NCBI GenBank assembly: GCA_963806225.1
Contig: CAWDXG010000004.1
Coordinates: 2,176,001 to 2,240,000 of the forward strand
Reading direction: 5' to 3'
DNA from: an uncultured delta proteobacterium
GTDB taxonomy: Bacteria > Myxococcota_A > Polyangia > Polyangiales > Polyangiaceae
Length of the DNA: 64,000 nucleotides
In this document: positions 43,657-54,667 of the stretch, piece after piece
How the letters are laid out: each line of letters starts with the position of its first letter
Position numbering within the stretch: the first letter of the stretch is position 1
The notes under the pieces: generated by a model
Database searches by the model: none
What the model saw: only the letters and a program-made list of their open reading frames with translations
Told to the model about the DNA's origin: nothing
Made by a program: the position numbers and the translations under genes

Positions 43657-45254
43657 CTAGAACCTCACGGGCTCCTGGAAGCGCCCGAACACGCGCTCCA
43701 GCGCGCCGCACACCTCGCCCACGGTCGCGTACGCCTCGACCGCGTCCATCACGGCGGGCATCACGTTCTGGTCGCCGGACGCCGCCTTCTCGACTTCCCC
43801 GAGCGCGCGCTCGACGCGGCCGGCGTCGCGGCTTGAGCGGATCTCCTGCAGGCGCCGCATCTGGACCTCGGCTTCCTCGCGCCGATACGGATGGAACTCG
43901 ACCTCCTGCGCCTCCTCTTCCTCGACGAAGCAGTTCACGCCGACCTTCTTCACTTCCCCGCTCTGGATCTTCCGCTCCCGCTCGAAGGCCTGACGGTTCA
44001 CTTCGGCCTGCACGCGACCCTCGGAGACCGCCTCCACGATCCCGCCCTCGGCCTCCAGCTGACGGGTGATGGCTTCGATGCGGCTTTCCATCTCGTTCGT
44101 CATGCTCTCGATGAACCAGCTGCCGCCGAGCGGATCCACGGTGTCGCGTCAGCCCCATCTCGTGCATCAGGATCTGCATGGTGCGAAGCGAAAGCCGCGC
44201 TGCGTGCTCGCTCGGGATGGTGTATGCCTCGTCGTAGGAGCAGAGCGCCATCGTCTGCGTGCCGGAGAGCGCGCTGATCAGCGCGTAGTACGCGCCGCGC
44301 ACGATGTTGTTCTCGGGTTGTTGGATCGTGAGCCCGCCGCCGCCGCCGCCGGCGATCATGCGCATCTGCTGCGCGCGGGGCTCCGTCACGCCGAAGCGCT
44401 CCTTCATCATCCTGGCGTACAGGCGGCGCCCCGCGCGGAACTTCGCCACCTGCTCCCAGATGTTGCCGAAGATGTCGAAATTGAAGCTGAGGGTCTTTCC
44501 GATGGCGTTCACGTCCAGGCCACGTTCAAAGCCTCTTCGACGTAGGCGGCGGCGATCGCGAGGCCGTAGGCCATCTCCTGCGCCGGCGTCGCACCGGACT
44601 CGCGGATGTGGTAGCCGCACACGCTCACGGCGCTGTAGCGCGGTACGTTCCGGGCGCAGAACTCGATGGTGTCGGCGACGAGCCGCATGCTCGGCCCGAC
44701 CGGGTAGATCCACGTGCCGCGCCCGACGAACTCCTTGAGGATGTCGTTCTGCGCGGTGCCCCGGAGGCTCGCGAGCTCGAAGCCGCGCTTCTTCGCCATC
44801 GAGAAGTACATGGCCATGATCGGCACGGCCGCGCCGTTGATGGTGAGCGACACGGTGATGTCGTTCAGCGGAATATCGGCAAACGCCTCCTCCATGTCCG
44901 CGAGCGTATCGACGGCCATGCCGACGCGCCCGACCTCGCCGTCGGCCATCGGGTGATCCGAGTCGAGCCCGCACTGCGTCGGCAGATCGAAGGCGACGTT
45001 CAGCCCGGTGTTGCCGTTCTCGATCAGGTACAGGAACCGCTCGTGCGTCTCGCGCGCCGTGCCGAACCCGGAGTACTGGCGCATGGTCCAGGGGCGCTTG
45101 CGGTACATCTCCGGGTGGATGCCGCGGGTGAACGGGAACTCGCCGGGGCGGCCCACACCCTGCGCGCCGCCGCTCGCATCGAGATCACGCTCGGTATAGA
45201 GCGGCGCGACCTCGACGCCGCTCTCCCAGACAACGGGTTCCGGCTCCTTCTGCT

Positions 45255-45258
<4 letters not shown>
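43657..45258 (-). CDS. B12-dependent acyl-CoA mutase large subunit; frameshifts near 44526 and 44146
   Basis: PFTRGIHPEMY, RQYSGFG, QNDILKEFVGRG, GYHIRE, QQPENN, SYDEA and VDPLGGS are spread over two reading frames, switching twice. Confidence 0.9.
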
Positions 45259-45649
<391 letters not shown>

Positions 45650-45653
<4 letters not shown>

Positions 45654-46771
45654 GACTTGAGCCCCTTTGCGATGTTGACGCGCAGGATCTCGCTCGTCCC
45701 TCCCCCGATCAAGACGAAGCGCACGTCTCTCAGGTAGCGCTGGACCGGGCTGTCGCTGGCGAAGCCGTAGCTCGCCAGCACGCGCGCGGCGCGGTCGCAG
45801 TTCTTCGCGGCCGTCTCGGAGGCGAAGAGCTTGGCCATCGACGCCTCGTTCGCGTTGGGCAGTCCCTGGTCGCTGCGCCACGCGGCCCACTGAACCAGCC
45901 GCCGCGCCGCCTCGAGCTCGGTCGCCATGTCGGCCAGATGCGCCTGCACGGCCTGGAACGAGTCGATGCTCCGACCGAACTGGCTGCGCTCGGCGGCGTA
46001 GGCGCGAGCGTCCTCATAGGCGGCGCGCCCGATGCCGAGCGCGAGCGCCGCCGTCATCACGCGGATCTCGGCCAGGATCTCCTTGAGGTACCGGGTACCC
46101 AGCTCCGGATCGCCGAGCATACAGGTGGCCGGCGTGCTCTCGAGAAACACCTCGCTCGTCAGCGATGCCCGCACGCCCATCTTTTCGATGCTGCGCCCGA
46201 TCGCAAGGCCGGGCGCGTCGCGCTCCACGAGGAACACCCCGAGCTGCTTTTCGCCGGTGCGCGCGAGCACGGTGAAGAAGTCCGCCACCGGCGCGGACGT
46301 GATCCACGTCTTCGCACCCGTGAGCCGATAGGTGTCGCCGTCGCGCTCCGCCCGGGTCTTCATTCCGAACAGATCGCTGCCCGCATCCGGCTCGGTCATG
46401 CAGATGGTGCCCACGGCTTCGCCGCGCATCGCCGGAACGAGGAGGCGCTCTTTTACGTCGTCCGGCGCGAAGCGCTGCACGAAGTAGGTGCCCATGAGCG
46501 ACTGCATCGTGCACGCGGCGGCGACGGCGAGGCTGCCCCAGGCGAGCTCTTCGACCGCCAGCACGTAGGTCTGGACGTCGGTGCCGCTGCCGAGCGGCGG
46601 CGGGTAGCGCATGCCGAAGAAGCCGAGCTCCCCCGCGCGCTGGAAGATCGCGCGCGGGAAGTCCGGCTGTTCGTCGAGCTTCCGGGCGAGCGGGCGGATC
46701 TCCTTCTCGGCGAAGGCGTGGAAGGTCGCCCGGATCTGCTCCTGCTCGGGGCTCGGCGAGAAATCCATCAA
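45650..46771 (-). CDS. acyl-CoA dehydrogenase (candidate benzylmalonyl-CoA dehydrogenase type)
   Basis: MTEPDAGSD, GAKTWIT, IGGGTSEI. Confidence 0.92.
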
Positions 46772-48531
46772 GCGTTTCCCCGCTTGCGCATCGCCGTGCG
46801 CAGCTTTTCCGTCTCCGCGGCATCCAGCTCGAATGTTTCCGGATCGACGACGACGCCGTAGTGCTCGCGCGCGGCCTCGACGCTGACGATGCCGCCCTGG
46901 ACCTCCGCGCGGACCTTGTCGGCGGAACGCTCGTGCGCCGGACCGTAGCCGCCGCCGCCGCCGGCCTCCTGCAGGTAGAGAGTGCCGGGGGGACGTCGAC
47001 GACGAGATCCTTGCTGGTGGTGACGTAGCGCCTGCCGTCCGGATACTCGAGCTCGATGCGGTTCAGCGTCCCCTCGCCTCCGCCACGCAGCCCGAACGCC
47101 GGTTCGACGTCGCCGTCGCCGAAGGTGACGAGTTTCGTGCCGGTCCCGCCGACCCGATAGCGCGTGCGCACACCGAGCCCGCCTCGATAGCGGCCCGGGC
47201 CGGCCGAGTCCGTCAGGAATTCGTGCTCGATCAGCGTGTGGGGCGTCATCTGCTCGAACATCTCGTAGTCCTGATCGAGCACGCCGCCCGAGGCGTCGAT
47301 CATGCCGATATGGTCGTAGCCGTCGCAGTCGCTGGTGGCGCCGCTGCCACCCTTGAGGCCCATGAACAGGATGTCGACGTAGGTGTCGTCCTTCCTGGGA
47401 TCCTCTCCAGTCGAAAGCGAACACAACAGCTGGTTCCAACCCGCGGTCACCCGCTCCGGAATCACCGGCGCCAGCGCGCGGATGATCGCGTCGGCATTGG
47501 GCGGGCACAGATGGTTGCCGAATGTGGTCGCCGCCGGATACGAGGCATTGAGCAGCGTGCCCTCGGGAATGACGATGTCGATGGGCGCGATCATGCCGTG
47601 GTTATGCGGGATGTCGGGGTTCACCATCTGCAAAAAGGTCAGGATCGTGGCCGAGGCGCTGGACGTGTAGGTGCCGTTGACGAAGCCGTTGGTCTGCGCG
47701 TCGGTCTTCGAGTAGTCGAACCTGACGTGATCGCCGTCGACGGTGATCTCGACCCGGATCACGTACTTCGACCCAGGGTTCTTTCCGTCGAAGTAGACGT
47801 TGGCCTCGCCCTGGTAGACGCCGTCGGGGATGGAGCGGATCTCCGCCTCCATCATCCTCGACGTGGAATCGAACAGCGCCTGCTTGTGCGCTTCGAAGCG
47901 CTCGAGCCCGTACTTGGCGATCAGCGCCAGGAGCCGCCGCTCGCCGACGGTGCAGCTGCCGATCTCGGCGCGCATGTCCTCCTGCACCACGTCGAGGCGG
48001 ATGTTAGCGAAGATCAGATCCCAGAACGTCCTTGCGCAGCTTGCCGCGCTCGATGACCTTCACCGCAGGGATGCGCAACGCCTCCTGCCAGACCTCGGTC
48101 GCCTGCGGATTGTAGCCACCGCGCACGTTGCCACCGATGTCCGCCTGATGGCCCTTGCACGCCGCCCAGCCCACCAGCGTGTCGCCGTGGAAGATGGGCT
48201 TGAACGCCGCCACGTCGTTGTTCTGGTTGCCGAGCGAGAACACGTCGTTGTGGAAGAACACGTCGCCCGGGTACACGTCGCCGGAAAACTGCCTGGCGAT
48301 GTGCTGGCACACCGGACTGAGCGAAAAGCTCAGGATCGGCAGGTTCTCGGTCTGTTCCAGCATGCGGCCTTCGGCGTCATACAGGCCGGTCACGAAATCG
48401 CGTGCTTCACACAGGATGGGCGAGCGCGCCGTCTGCTCCAGACTGAGACTCATCTCGTCCGTGATGGCGCGGAGCGCCCGACCGACGATGGAGACCAGAA
48501 CAGGGTCGACCTGGAGTTCCGACGTGTTCAT
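46768..48531 (-). CDS. hydantoinase B/oxoprolinase subunit; frameshifts near 48025 and 46990
   Basis: TARSPILCEARDF, GHQADIGG, DSAGPGRYRGGLG, GGGGYG, AAREHYGVV. Confidence 0.9.
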
Positions 48532-50609
48532 GACGCACCTCCCACGCGCGAAAGCACGCAGGTTGCATGTTCGTCCACGGTGGCGCGGTAGGCAGCGCTC
48601 ACGAAGAGCGTGGTGTCCGTCCGCTCGATCAACGCCGGGCCCGCGACCGCGCTGCCGGCCAGCAGCTTGTGCCCGTCGTAGACCGGGATCTCCTCGAAGC
48701 TATCGTGCTCGGGCACGAACGCGCGGCGGCGTCCCTTCAGCGCGGCGCCCGGGTCGCTGTCGCCGCTCCCGCACCGCGGCAGGGGCGGCTTGTCCACCGT
48801 GCCGACGGAGCGAACGCGCACGTTGATGATCTCGAGGCGCGTACCTTCCTGGGACAGCTCGTAGCCGTAGAGTCGATCGTGCTCGGCGTGGAACGCCTGG
48901 GCAATCGTCTCCCAATCGGCGTTTTTCACGGCCGCGCGCGGCACCGGCACGGTGACCTCGTGGTACTGCTTGAGATAGCGCAGGTCGAGCGACACCTGGT
49001 GGCCGATGCGCTCGCCCGGCACGCCCTCCTGCTCGAGAAGCGCCTGTCCTTCGGCTTCAAGTCCGCTCACGACGCTTTCGAGACGATCGGGGCCGAGCGC
49101 ATCCACCGGCGACACGAGCGAGCGGGCGAAGTCGTGGGCGAGATCCGTCATCAGCATGCCTGCGGCACACAGGACGGAGGCGAAAGCCGGCACGACTACC
49201 GTCGGGATCTCGAGCTCTGCCGCGATCATGCAGGCGTGGACCGAACCTGCGCCGCCGGCCACCACGAGCGGAAACTCGCGGGGGTCGAGCCCGCGCCTCA
49301 CCGTGATCTCGCGCACGCCGTGGGCCATGTTCGTGTTGATGACGCGGTACATCCCGACCGCAGCGCGCTCCACGTCGAGGCCGAGCGGTTTCGCGATGTC
49401 GGTTTCGACGGCGCGCCTTGCTGCCTCCGCGTCGAGCTTCATTCCGCCGCCGGCGAAGTAGCCCGGGTCGAGATAGCCGAGCAGGATGTTGGCGTCGGTA
49501 CAGGTCGGGCGCTGTCCGCCGCGGCCGTAGCAGGCCGGGCCGGGATCGGCTCCCGCGCTTTCAGGGCCCATGCGCAGGAGCCCCCCCGAATCGATGTGCC
49601 CGATGCTGCCGCCCCCGGCGCCAATGGTTGCGATGTCGAGCATGGGCAGCGCGGTGCGCAGCCGGCCGATCTCGCCGTCCGCGCGGAGCTCCAGCTTTCC
49701 CTTCTGCACGAGCGAAGCGTCGAAGCTGGTTCCACCCATGTCTACAAGCAGACAACCGTCGTGCCCGAGCGCGCGCGTGACCGCGACGGCAGCGTTCGGG
49801 CCGCCCGCAGGACCGGACAGCAGCGTCGTCGCGGGCCGCTTCGCCGTTGCCTCGGGCAATGCCACGCCACCGCTGGATTGCATGATCAGGAGCACACCGC
49901 TGAAGCCCGCGCCCGAAAGGCGTCGGGTGAGGCTCGAGAGATAGCGATCCAGCACCGGGCCCGAATAGGCATTGAGCACGGTTGTGGAGACGCGGTTGTA
50001 GAAACGGATGGTCGGCAGAAGCTCGGTCGACACGCTGACGAACGCTTCGGGCATCTCCTCGCGGACGATCTCCGCCGCGGCAAGCTCGTGCGCGGGATTC
50101 GCGAAGGAGTTCAAGAAGCAGATGGCGACAGCTGCGACGTCGGCTTTCTTCAAGGTCCGGATCGCATCGCGAACGTCATCGAGCTCGATGGGTTGCGCTT
50201 CCTCGCCGCGCCAGTCGACGCGCTCGTGGACCGGTAGCCGCAACCAGCGCGGTACCAGCGGCTCCACGTTCTGGTAGCGGTTGTCGTACTGCTTCTCGCG
50301 GATGCCACGCCGCATCTCGAGCGCGTCGCGCACGCCGGCCGTCGTGAGCAATCCGGTGCGGGCGCCCCGGCGCGTCAGCACGGCATTGGTGGTCACCGTC
50401 GTCCCGTGAACGATGGTGGAGAGGTCGTCGATAAAATCGCGAGCCGGAACTCCCTTCGCCCGGGCGATGGTTTCGAGCCCTTCGAGCACGCCGATCGACG
50501 GATCCTGCGGCGTCGACAGCACCTTGAAGGTTTCGACTTCACCACCGGCCGCGAGGAACAGGTCGGTGAACGTGCCGCCGACGTCGATTCCCAGCTTGTA
50601 GCGACTCAT
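48528..50609 (-). CDS. hydantoinase A/oxoprolinase ATP-binding subunit
   Basis: GIDVGGTFTD, HGTTVTTN, LSGPAGG, DMGGTSFD, IGAGGGS, SAGADPGPACY. Confidence 0.95.
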   Translation of the reverse strand: MSRYKLGIDVGGTFTDLFLAAGGEVETFKVLSTPQDPSIGVLEGLETIARAKGVPARDFIDDLSTIVHGTTVTTNAVLTRRGARTGLLTTAGVRDALEMRRGIREKQYDNRYQNVEPLVPRWLRLPVHERVDWRGEEAQPIELDDVRDAIRTLKKADVAAVAICFLNSFANPAHELAAAEIVREEMPEAFVSVSTELLPTIRFYNRVSTTVLNAYSGPVLDRYLSSLTRRLSGAGFSGVLLIMQSSGGVALPEATAKRPATTLLSGPAGGPNAAVAVTRALGHDGCLLVDMGGTSFDASLVQKGKLELRADGEIGRLRTALPMLDIATIGAGGGSIGHIDSGGLLRMGPESAGADPGPACYGRGGQRPTCTDANILLGYLDPGYFAGGGMKLDAEAARRAVETDIAKPLGLDVERAAVGMYRVINTNMAHGVREITVRRGLDPREFPLVVAGGAGSVHACMIAAELEIPTVVVPAFASVLCAAGMLMTDLAHDFARSLVSPVDALGPDRLESVVSGLEAEGQALLEQEGVPGERIGHQVSLDLRYLKQYHEVTVPVPRAAVKNADWETIAQAFHAEHDRLYGYELSQEGTRLEIINVRVRSVGTVDKPPLPRCGSGDSDPGAALKGRRRAFVPEHDSFEEIPVYDGHKLLAGSAVAGPALIERTDTTLFVSAAYRATVDEHATCVLSRVGGAS

Positions 50610-51229
50610 TGCGACGCTTCCTCCTGCATATGACCCGGGCTGGTGCAGCCGAGCCCGAGATCGAAAGCGCGACGGTTCGCCGCGAGATACGCTGGCGAGC
50701 AGCGGCTTTCGAGAGCCTGGAGCATGGCTTCCGGGGAAAACGGCAGAACGCCCAGCCCCGCCAGTGCGCCCAGCAGGACCGCGTTCAGCGAACGGTTCGC
50801 GCCGGCGCGCTTCGCCAGCGCCGGGCCGTCCACCGTCACCACTCCGCGCGCGCGCTCGCGGAGCTGTCGTTCGATGTCCGGGAGCGACGGATAGCTCGCG
50901 GCGCCGAGTGTCACCGTCTTCGGGACGATGCCCACGGTACTGGTGACGACCAGTGTCCGCGGGCCGATGGCCGAAGCCGCGCGCAGTGTCTCCAGCGGCT
51001 CGAAGCCGAGCAGTACGTCCACGGTGTCGCCGACGATGTACGACGTCTGCACGTCGCCGAGACGCACGCTGCACTCCACGCTCCCCCCGCGCTGCGACAT
51101 GCCGTGGAGCTGCCCGACCGCGACGGGGTGGTTTGCGGAGTGGGCGGCGTTGGCCAGCACCTTCGCTGCTGTCAAGACGCCCTGTCCACCTACGCCCACG
51201 ACCAGAAGCTGCATGCCGCGCGTGCTCAT
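50606..51229 (-). CDS. iorB: indolepyruvate oxidoreductase subunit beta
   Basis: GVGGQGVL, HGMSQRGGSV, FEPLETLR, NAVLLGAL. Confidence 0.9.
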   Translation of the reverse strand: MSTRGMQLLVVGVGGQGVLTAAKVLANAAHSANHPVAVGQLHGMSQRGGSVECSVRLGDVQTSYIVGDTVDVLLGFEPLETLRAASAIGPRTLVVTSTVGIVPKTVTLGAASYPSLPDIERQLRERARGVVTVDGPALAKRAGANRSLNAVLLGALAGLGVLPFSPEAMLQALESRCSPAYLAANRRAFDLGLGCTSPGHMQEEASQ

Positions 51230-54200
51230 CTGGGGCTCCTGGCGACGATGGCACCGTTCGAGCACGCCGAGAGGCACACGCCGCAGGATGCGCAGAGCGA
51301 CGCGTCGATCTCGACGTGGCGTCCGGCGAGCACCAGCGCCGGGCAGCCCTGCGTGTCGATGCAGGCGCGGCAGTTGCCGCACAAGCCGCACATCAGGCAA
51401 CGACGGGCCTCCGCGCGTGCCTCGCTTTCCGATGCACAGGCGTGACGGGGCTCGACGGGCGCCCGCATCCGCGCGCCGGGCAGCGGCACGCTTCCCGGTA
51501 CAGGAGGTGGGGCCCGCCGCGACGCCTCCTGCACGCCGCGCAGCGCTCGATCGATGCCCCACGCTGCGCGAAGACCGGCGCCCATGGCTCCGGTCACCGT
51601 GTGAGACCCGGCCACGATGTCGCCACCGGCAAACACGCGCGGATGGCTGGTTTTTCCGCTGACCGGATCCGCTGCGATCAAGCCGTCGTCCGTGCGGTCG
51701 AGCTCCACACCGGCGAGCGCCGCGTCGGAGTCGGGCGCCTGCCCGATGGCGAGGATGATCTGATCGGCGGGCACCCGGAGCTGCTCTCCCCCGGCAATCG
51801 GCTCTACGACGAGCGCGCCTCGTTCAGCGCGAATCGGCCGCACGCCGGCGTGGATCGCCACCGCGTCGCGCTCCGCAGCGGCGATCTCCTCGCGCAGGGC
51901 GGGCATCGCCTCGCGTTGTTCGACGCAGGCAATGGCAACCTGCACCGCCCCGGCGCGGAGCGCGCTCCGCGCCGCATCGACGGCCGCATTGCCTCCGCCC
52001 ACGACGACGACGCGCTGGGCGGTCCGCGGCCTGGCACCGCCGGCGAGCGCGCGCAGGTACTCGAGCGCGGTGGTCGTCGTGTCCGGGTCGCCGCCCTCGA
52101 TCGCCATGGTGAGCGCCCGACCCGCACCAATGGCGAGATACACGGCGTCGTGCTCCTCGAGCAGCTTCGCGAGCTCCACCTCGCGCCCGAGCCGCACGCC
52201 GCCCTGGAACCGCACGCCGGAGTCGAGGACGCGTGCGATGTCGCGCTCGGCGGCTTCGCGCGGCAGCCGATACGTCGGGATACCGTGCGTCAGCAGCCCC
52301 CCGGCGCGTTCGGCGGCGTCGAGCAGCGTGACTGCATAGCCGCGCTGCCGGAGGTCGTAGGCCGCGGAGAGCCCCGATGGGCCCGCGCCCACTACTGCCA
52401 CACTCCTGCCATTTTCGGGAGCGGGCTCGGGACGCAGGAGATCCGGCCGCTCGCGCTCCGCCCACTCGACAACGAAGCGCTTCAGCTCGTTGGCCGCTAC
52501 CGGCTCATCGAGGTCGCGACGCACACACACGTCCTCGCACGGCTTGTCGCACACGCGGCACACGGACGACGGCAGCACGGTCCGCTCGAGCACGTGCCCG
52601 AGCGCTTCGGCGTATTCGCCCGCAGCGATGTGCCCCGCATAGCCCTGGATGCAGAGCGAAAGCGGACAGCGCGTCGCGCAAGGGGCTACCTCGGGCGCCG
52701 GTTCCCTACGCTTGCGAGTGGCCGCGACGCGCGCCAGATTCCGCTCGAATCCCGCCGTCAACGGCTGCCGACAGCGCAGACCGAGCGCTTCGCGCCCGCA
52801 GGATCGGCATGCGGTCTGGTCGATCGCGACTGTCGGCTCCGGTCGCGGAGCGCCCGACCGGGCCAGATGCACCGGACATGTCCGCCGTACGACAACCACG
52901 GCGGGGCCCTCCACATGGCGCGCGCGTTTGAACGCGGCGATGCTCTCGGCCACTTCATACGGATCGATCGTCTCGATGTGCTTCACGCCGAGGGCGCGCG
53001 CCACGTCCTCGATGATGGGCATACCGCCCGGAGCCGGCGCTGTCTGGAAACCGGTCATGGCCGTGACCTGGTTGTCCAGCACGACCGCAACCATGTTCAC
53101 GTTCTCCTTGACCGCGTCGAGGAGCGCCGGCATCCCCGCGTGGAAGAACGTCGAGTCGCCCATGAAGCCGACCGTACGTTGACCGGTGACGCGACTCACC
53201 CCGGCGGCCAGCGAGAAGCCGGCCCCCATGCACAGAAGAGCGTCGGCGGTGTGGAGCGGCGCGCCGTAGCCGAGCGTGTAGCAGCCGATGTCGTTGAAGT
53301 AGAGTTGCTCATCGCCGAACGCGGCGCGGGCCGCGAAGAACGCCGCACGATGTGGACATGCCGGGCACAAGGACGGAGGGCGCGGCGCGAGCGCGAGCGG
53401 CTTCGGGTCGGGACCGGGATCGCGACCGAGTCCGAGCGCCCCGTGGAGTCCGCGCTGTATCACGCGCGGCGAGTATTCGAACTCCTCGGGGAAATGCCGG
53501 GACAGCTTGCCCAGGATCTCCACGCCGAGCCCATGCCGCGCCACGAGCGACAGCAGTGCGTTTTCCAGGTACGGCGAGAGCTCTTCGACGACCAGCACCC
53601 GTTCGACTCCGCGCAGCGCTTCCACTAGCTCGGCTTCCGGAAGCGGGTAGGCAATGCCGAGCGACCAGAGCGCGACATCGCTCTCCAGGCCGAGCTCCGC
53701 GAGCACGTCCGCGGTGGTGGCGGCGGGCGCGCCGCTCGCGAGCACCACGGTCGAGCCGCGCCCCCGACAGCGGAAGAAGCCGGACCCGGCCAGCCAGGTG
53801 CGCGCCAGCTCCACGTGCTGCTCGAGCTCGATGCGCATCCGGCGGGCGTTGACCGGGATCGGCACCTTGCCCGCGGGATCACGCGTGAATCCGCCGACCC
53901 GCGGCGCGGTCAGCTCACCGCACTCGATCGTCGCGCTCGAATGGGCGACGCGCGTTGTTGTCCGCAGCAGAACCGGCAACCGGCAGTGCTCGGAAAGCTC
54001 GAACGCGGCCCGCGTCATCGCGTGCGCTTCAGCGGGAGTGGCCGGATCGAGCACCGGGATGTGCAGCATCGGGCCGAGATGCCGCTGGTCGTGCTCGTTG
54101 GGGCTGGTGCGGCACGAAGGGTCGCCGGCGCTCACGATCACCATGCCGCCTACGACGCCGACGTAGGGAATGGTCGAGAGCGGATCACCCGCGACCATCA

Positions 54201-54501
54201 GCCCGAGGTGTTTCATCGCACAGATCGAGCGGGCTCCAGCGAGCGAGGCCGCGAACGCCAGCTCCACGGCGATCTTCTCGTTCACGGCGTACTCGAACAC
54301 CACACCGCGTTCCTTCGCTACGCGCGCGAAGCCGTCGGTGACTTCCGATGAGGGTGTACCCGGGTAGCCCGTCGCGAAACCGACTCCCATTTCGAGCGCG
54401 GCCTGGACGATGGCTTCGTTGCCGAGCAGACACTTCCGCTCTCCCGCTCCGTTTCGGGGAAGCGGGTCGCGGGTCGGGCTCGGGTCCGTGACCCCCGTCA
54501 T
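51226..54501 (-). CDS. iorA: indolepyruvate oxidoreductase alpha with inserted GltD-like FAD/NAD(P) oxidoreductase module
   Basis: LLGNEAI, GYPGTPSSE, MKHLGL, CPACPHR, DIGCY, GDSTFFH..LDN..TAMTG; then GAGPSG, GIPTYRLP, GGGNAAVD, FAGGD; terminal GCPAL..CASCGVC. Confidence 0.92.
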   Translation of the reverse strand: MTGVTDPSPTRDPLPRNGAGERKCLLGNEAIVQAALEMGVGFATGYPGTPSSEVTDGFARVAKERGVVFEYAVNEKIAVELAFAASLAGARSICAMKHLGLMVAGDPLSTIPYVGVVGGMVIVSAGDPSCRTSPNEHDQRHLGPMLHIPVLDPATPAEAHAMTRAAFELSEHCRLPVLLRTTTRVAHSSATIECGELTAPRVGGFTRDPAGKVPIPVNARRMRIELEQHVELARTWLAGSGFFRCRGRGSTVVLASGAPAATTADVLAELGLESDVALWSLGIAYPLPEAELVEALRGVERVLVVEELSPYLENALLSLVARHGLGVEILGKLSRHFPEEFEYSPRVIQRGLHGALGLGRDPGPDPKPLALAPRPPSLCPACPHRAAFFAARAAFGDEQLYFNDIGCYTLGYGAPLHTADALLCMGAGFSLAAGVSRVTGQRTVGFMGDSTFFHAGMPALLDAVKENVNMVAVVLDNQVTAMTGFQTAPAPGGMPIIEDVARALGVKHIETIDPYEVAESIAAFKRARHVEGPAVVVVRRTCPVHLARSGAPRPEPTVAIDQTACRSCGREALGLRCRQPLTAGFERNLARVAATRKRREPAPEVAPCATRCPLSLCIQGYAGHIAAGEYAEALGHVLERTVLPSSVCRVCDKPCEDVCVRRDLDEPVAANELKRFVVEWAERERPDLLRPEPAPENGRSVAVVGAGPSGLSAAYDLRQRGYAVTLLDAAERAGGLLTHGIPTYRLPREAAERDIARVLDSGVRFQGGVRLGREVELAKLLEEHDAVYLAIGAGRALTMAIEGGDPDTTTTALEYLRALAGGARPRTAQRVVVVGGGNAAVDAARSALRAGAVQVAIACVEQREAMPALREEIAAAERDAVAIHAGVRPIRAERGALVVEPIAGGEQLRVPADQIILAIGQAPDSDAALAGVELDRTDDGLIAADPVSGKTSHPRVFAGGDIVAGSHTVTGAMGAGLRAAWGIDRALRGVQEASRRAPPPVPGSVPLPGARMRAPVEPRHACASESEARAEARRCLMCGLCGNCRACIDTQGCPALVLAGRHVEIDASLCASCGVCLSACSNGAIVARSPR

Positions 54502-54519
54502 CCCAAAGACCTACCGGAG

Positions 54520-54549
54520 TGTGCGCAAAGCGCACATGACGCTTGTCAC
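54520..54549 (-). promoter_or_regulatory. operator palindrome plus FNR/CRP-family site
   Basis: TGTGCGC-AAA-GCGCACA (54520..54536) and minus-strand GTGA-N6-TCAT (54536..54549). Confidence 0.55.
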
Positions 54550-54667
54550 GGGAGCCGATTCCGTCATCCATCCGTGCCGCGGCGCGTTATCGGCCTAGCG
54601 ATGGAAAATGCCGACCTGGATCCAGGTGACGGCGCGGAAACCGCCCCGGCGAAAAGTCGCGCGCGCC

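Noticed and set aside
51380..52690. Separate gltD gene fused by sequencing error
   Set aside because: IorA-type sequence flanks the module on both sides in one frame, and there is no gltB.
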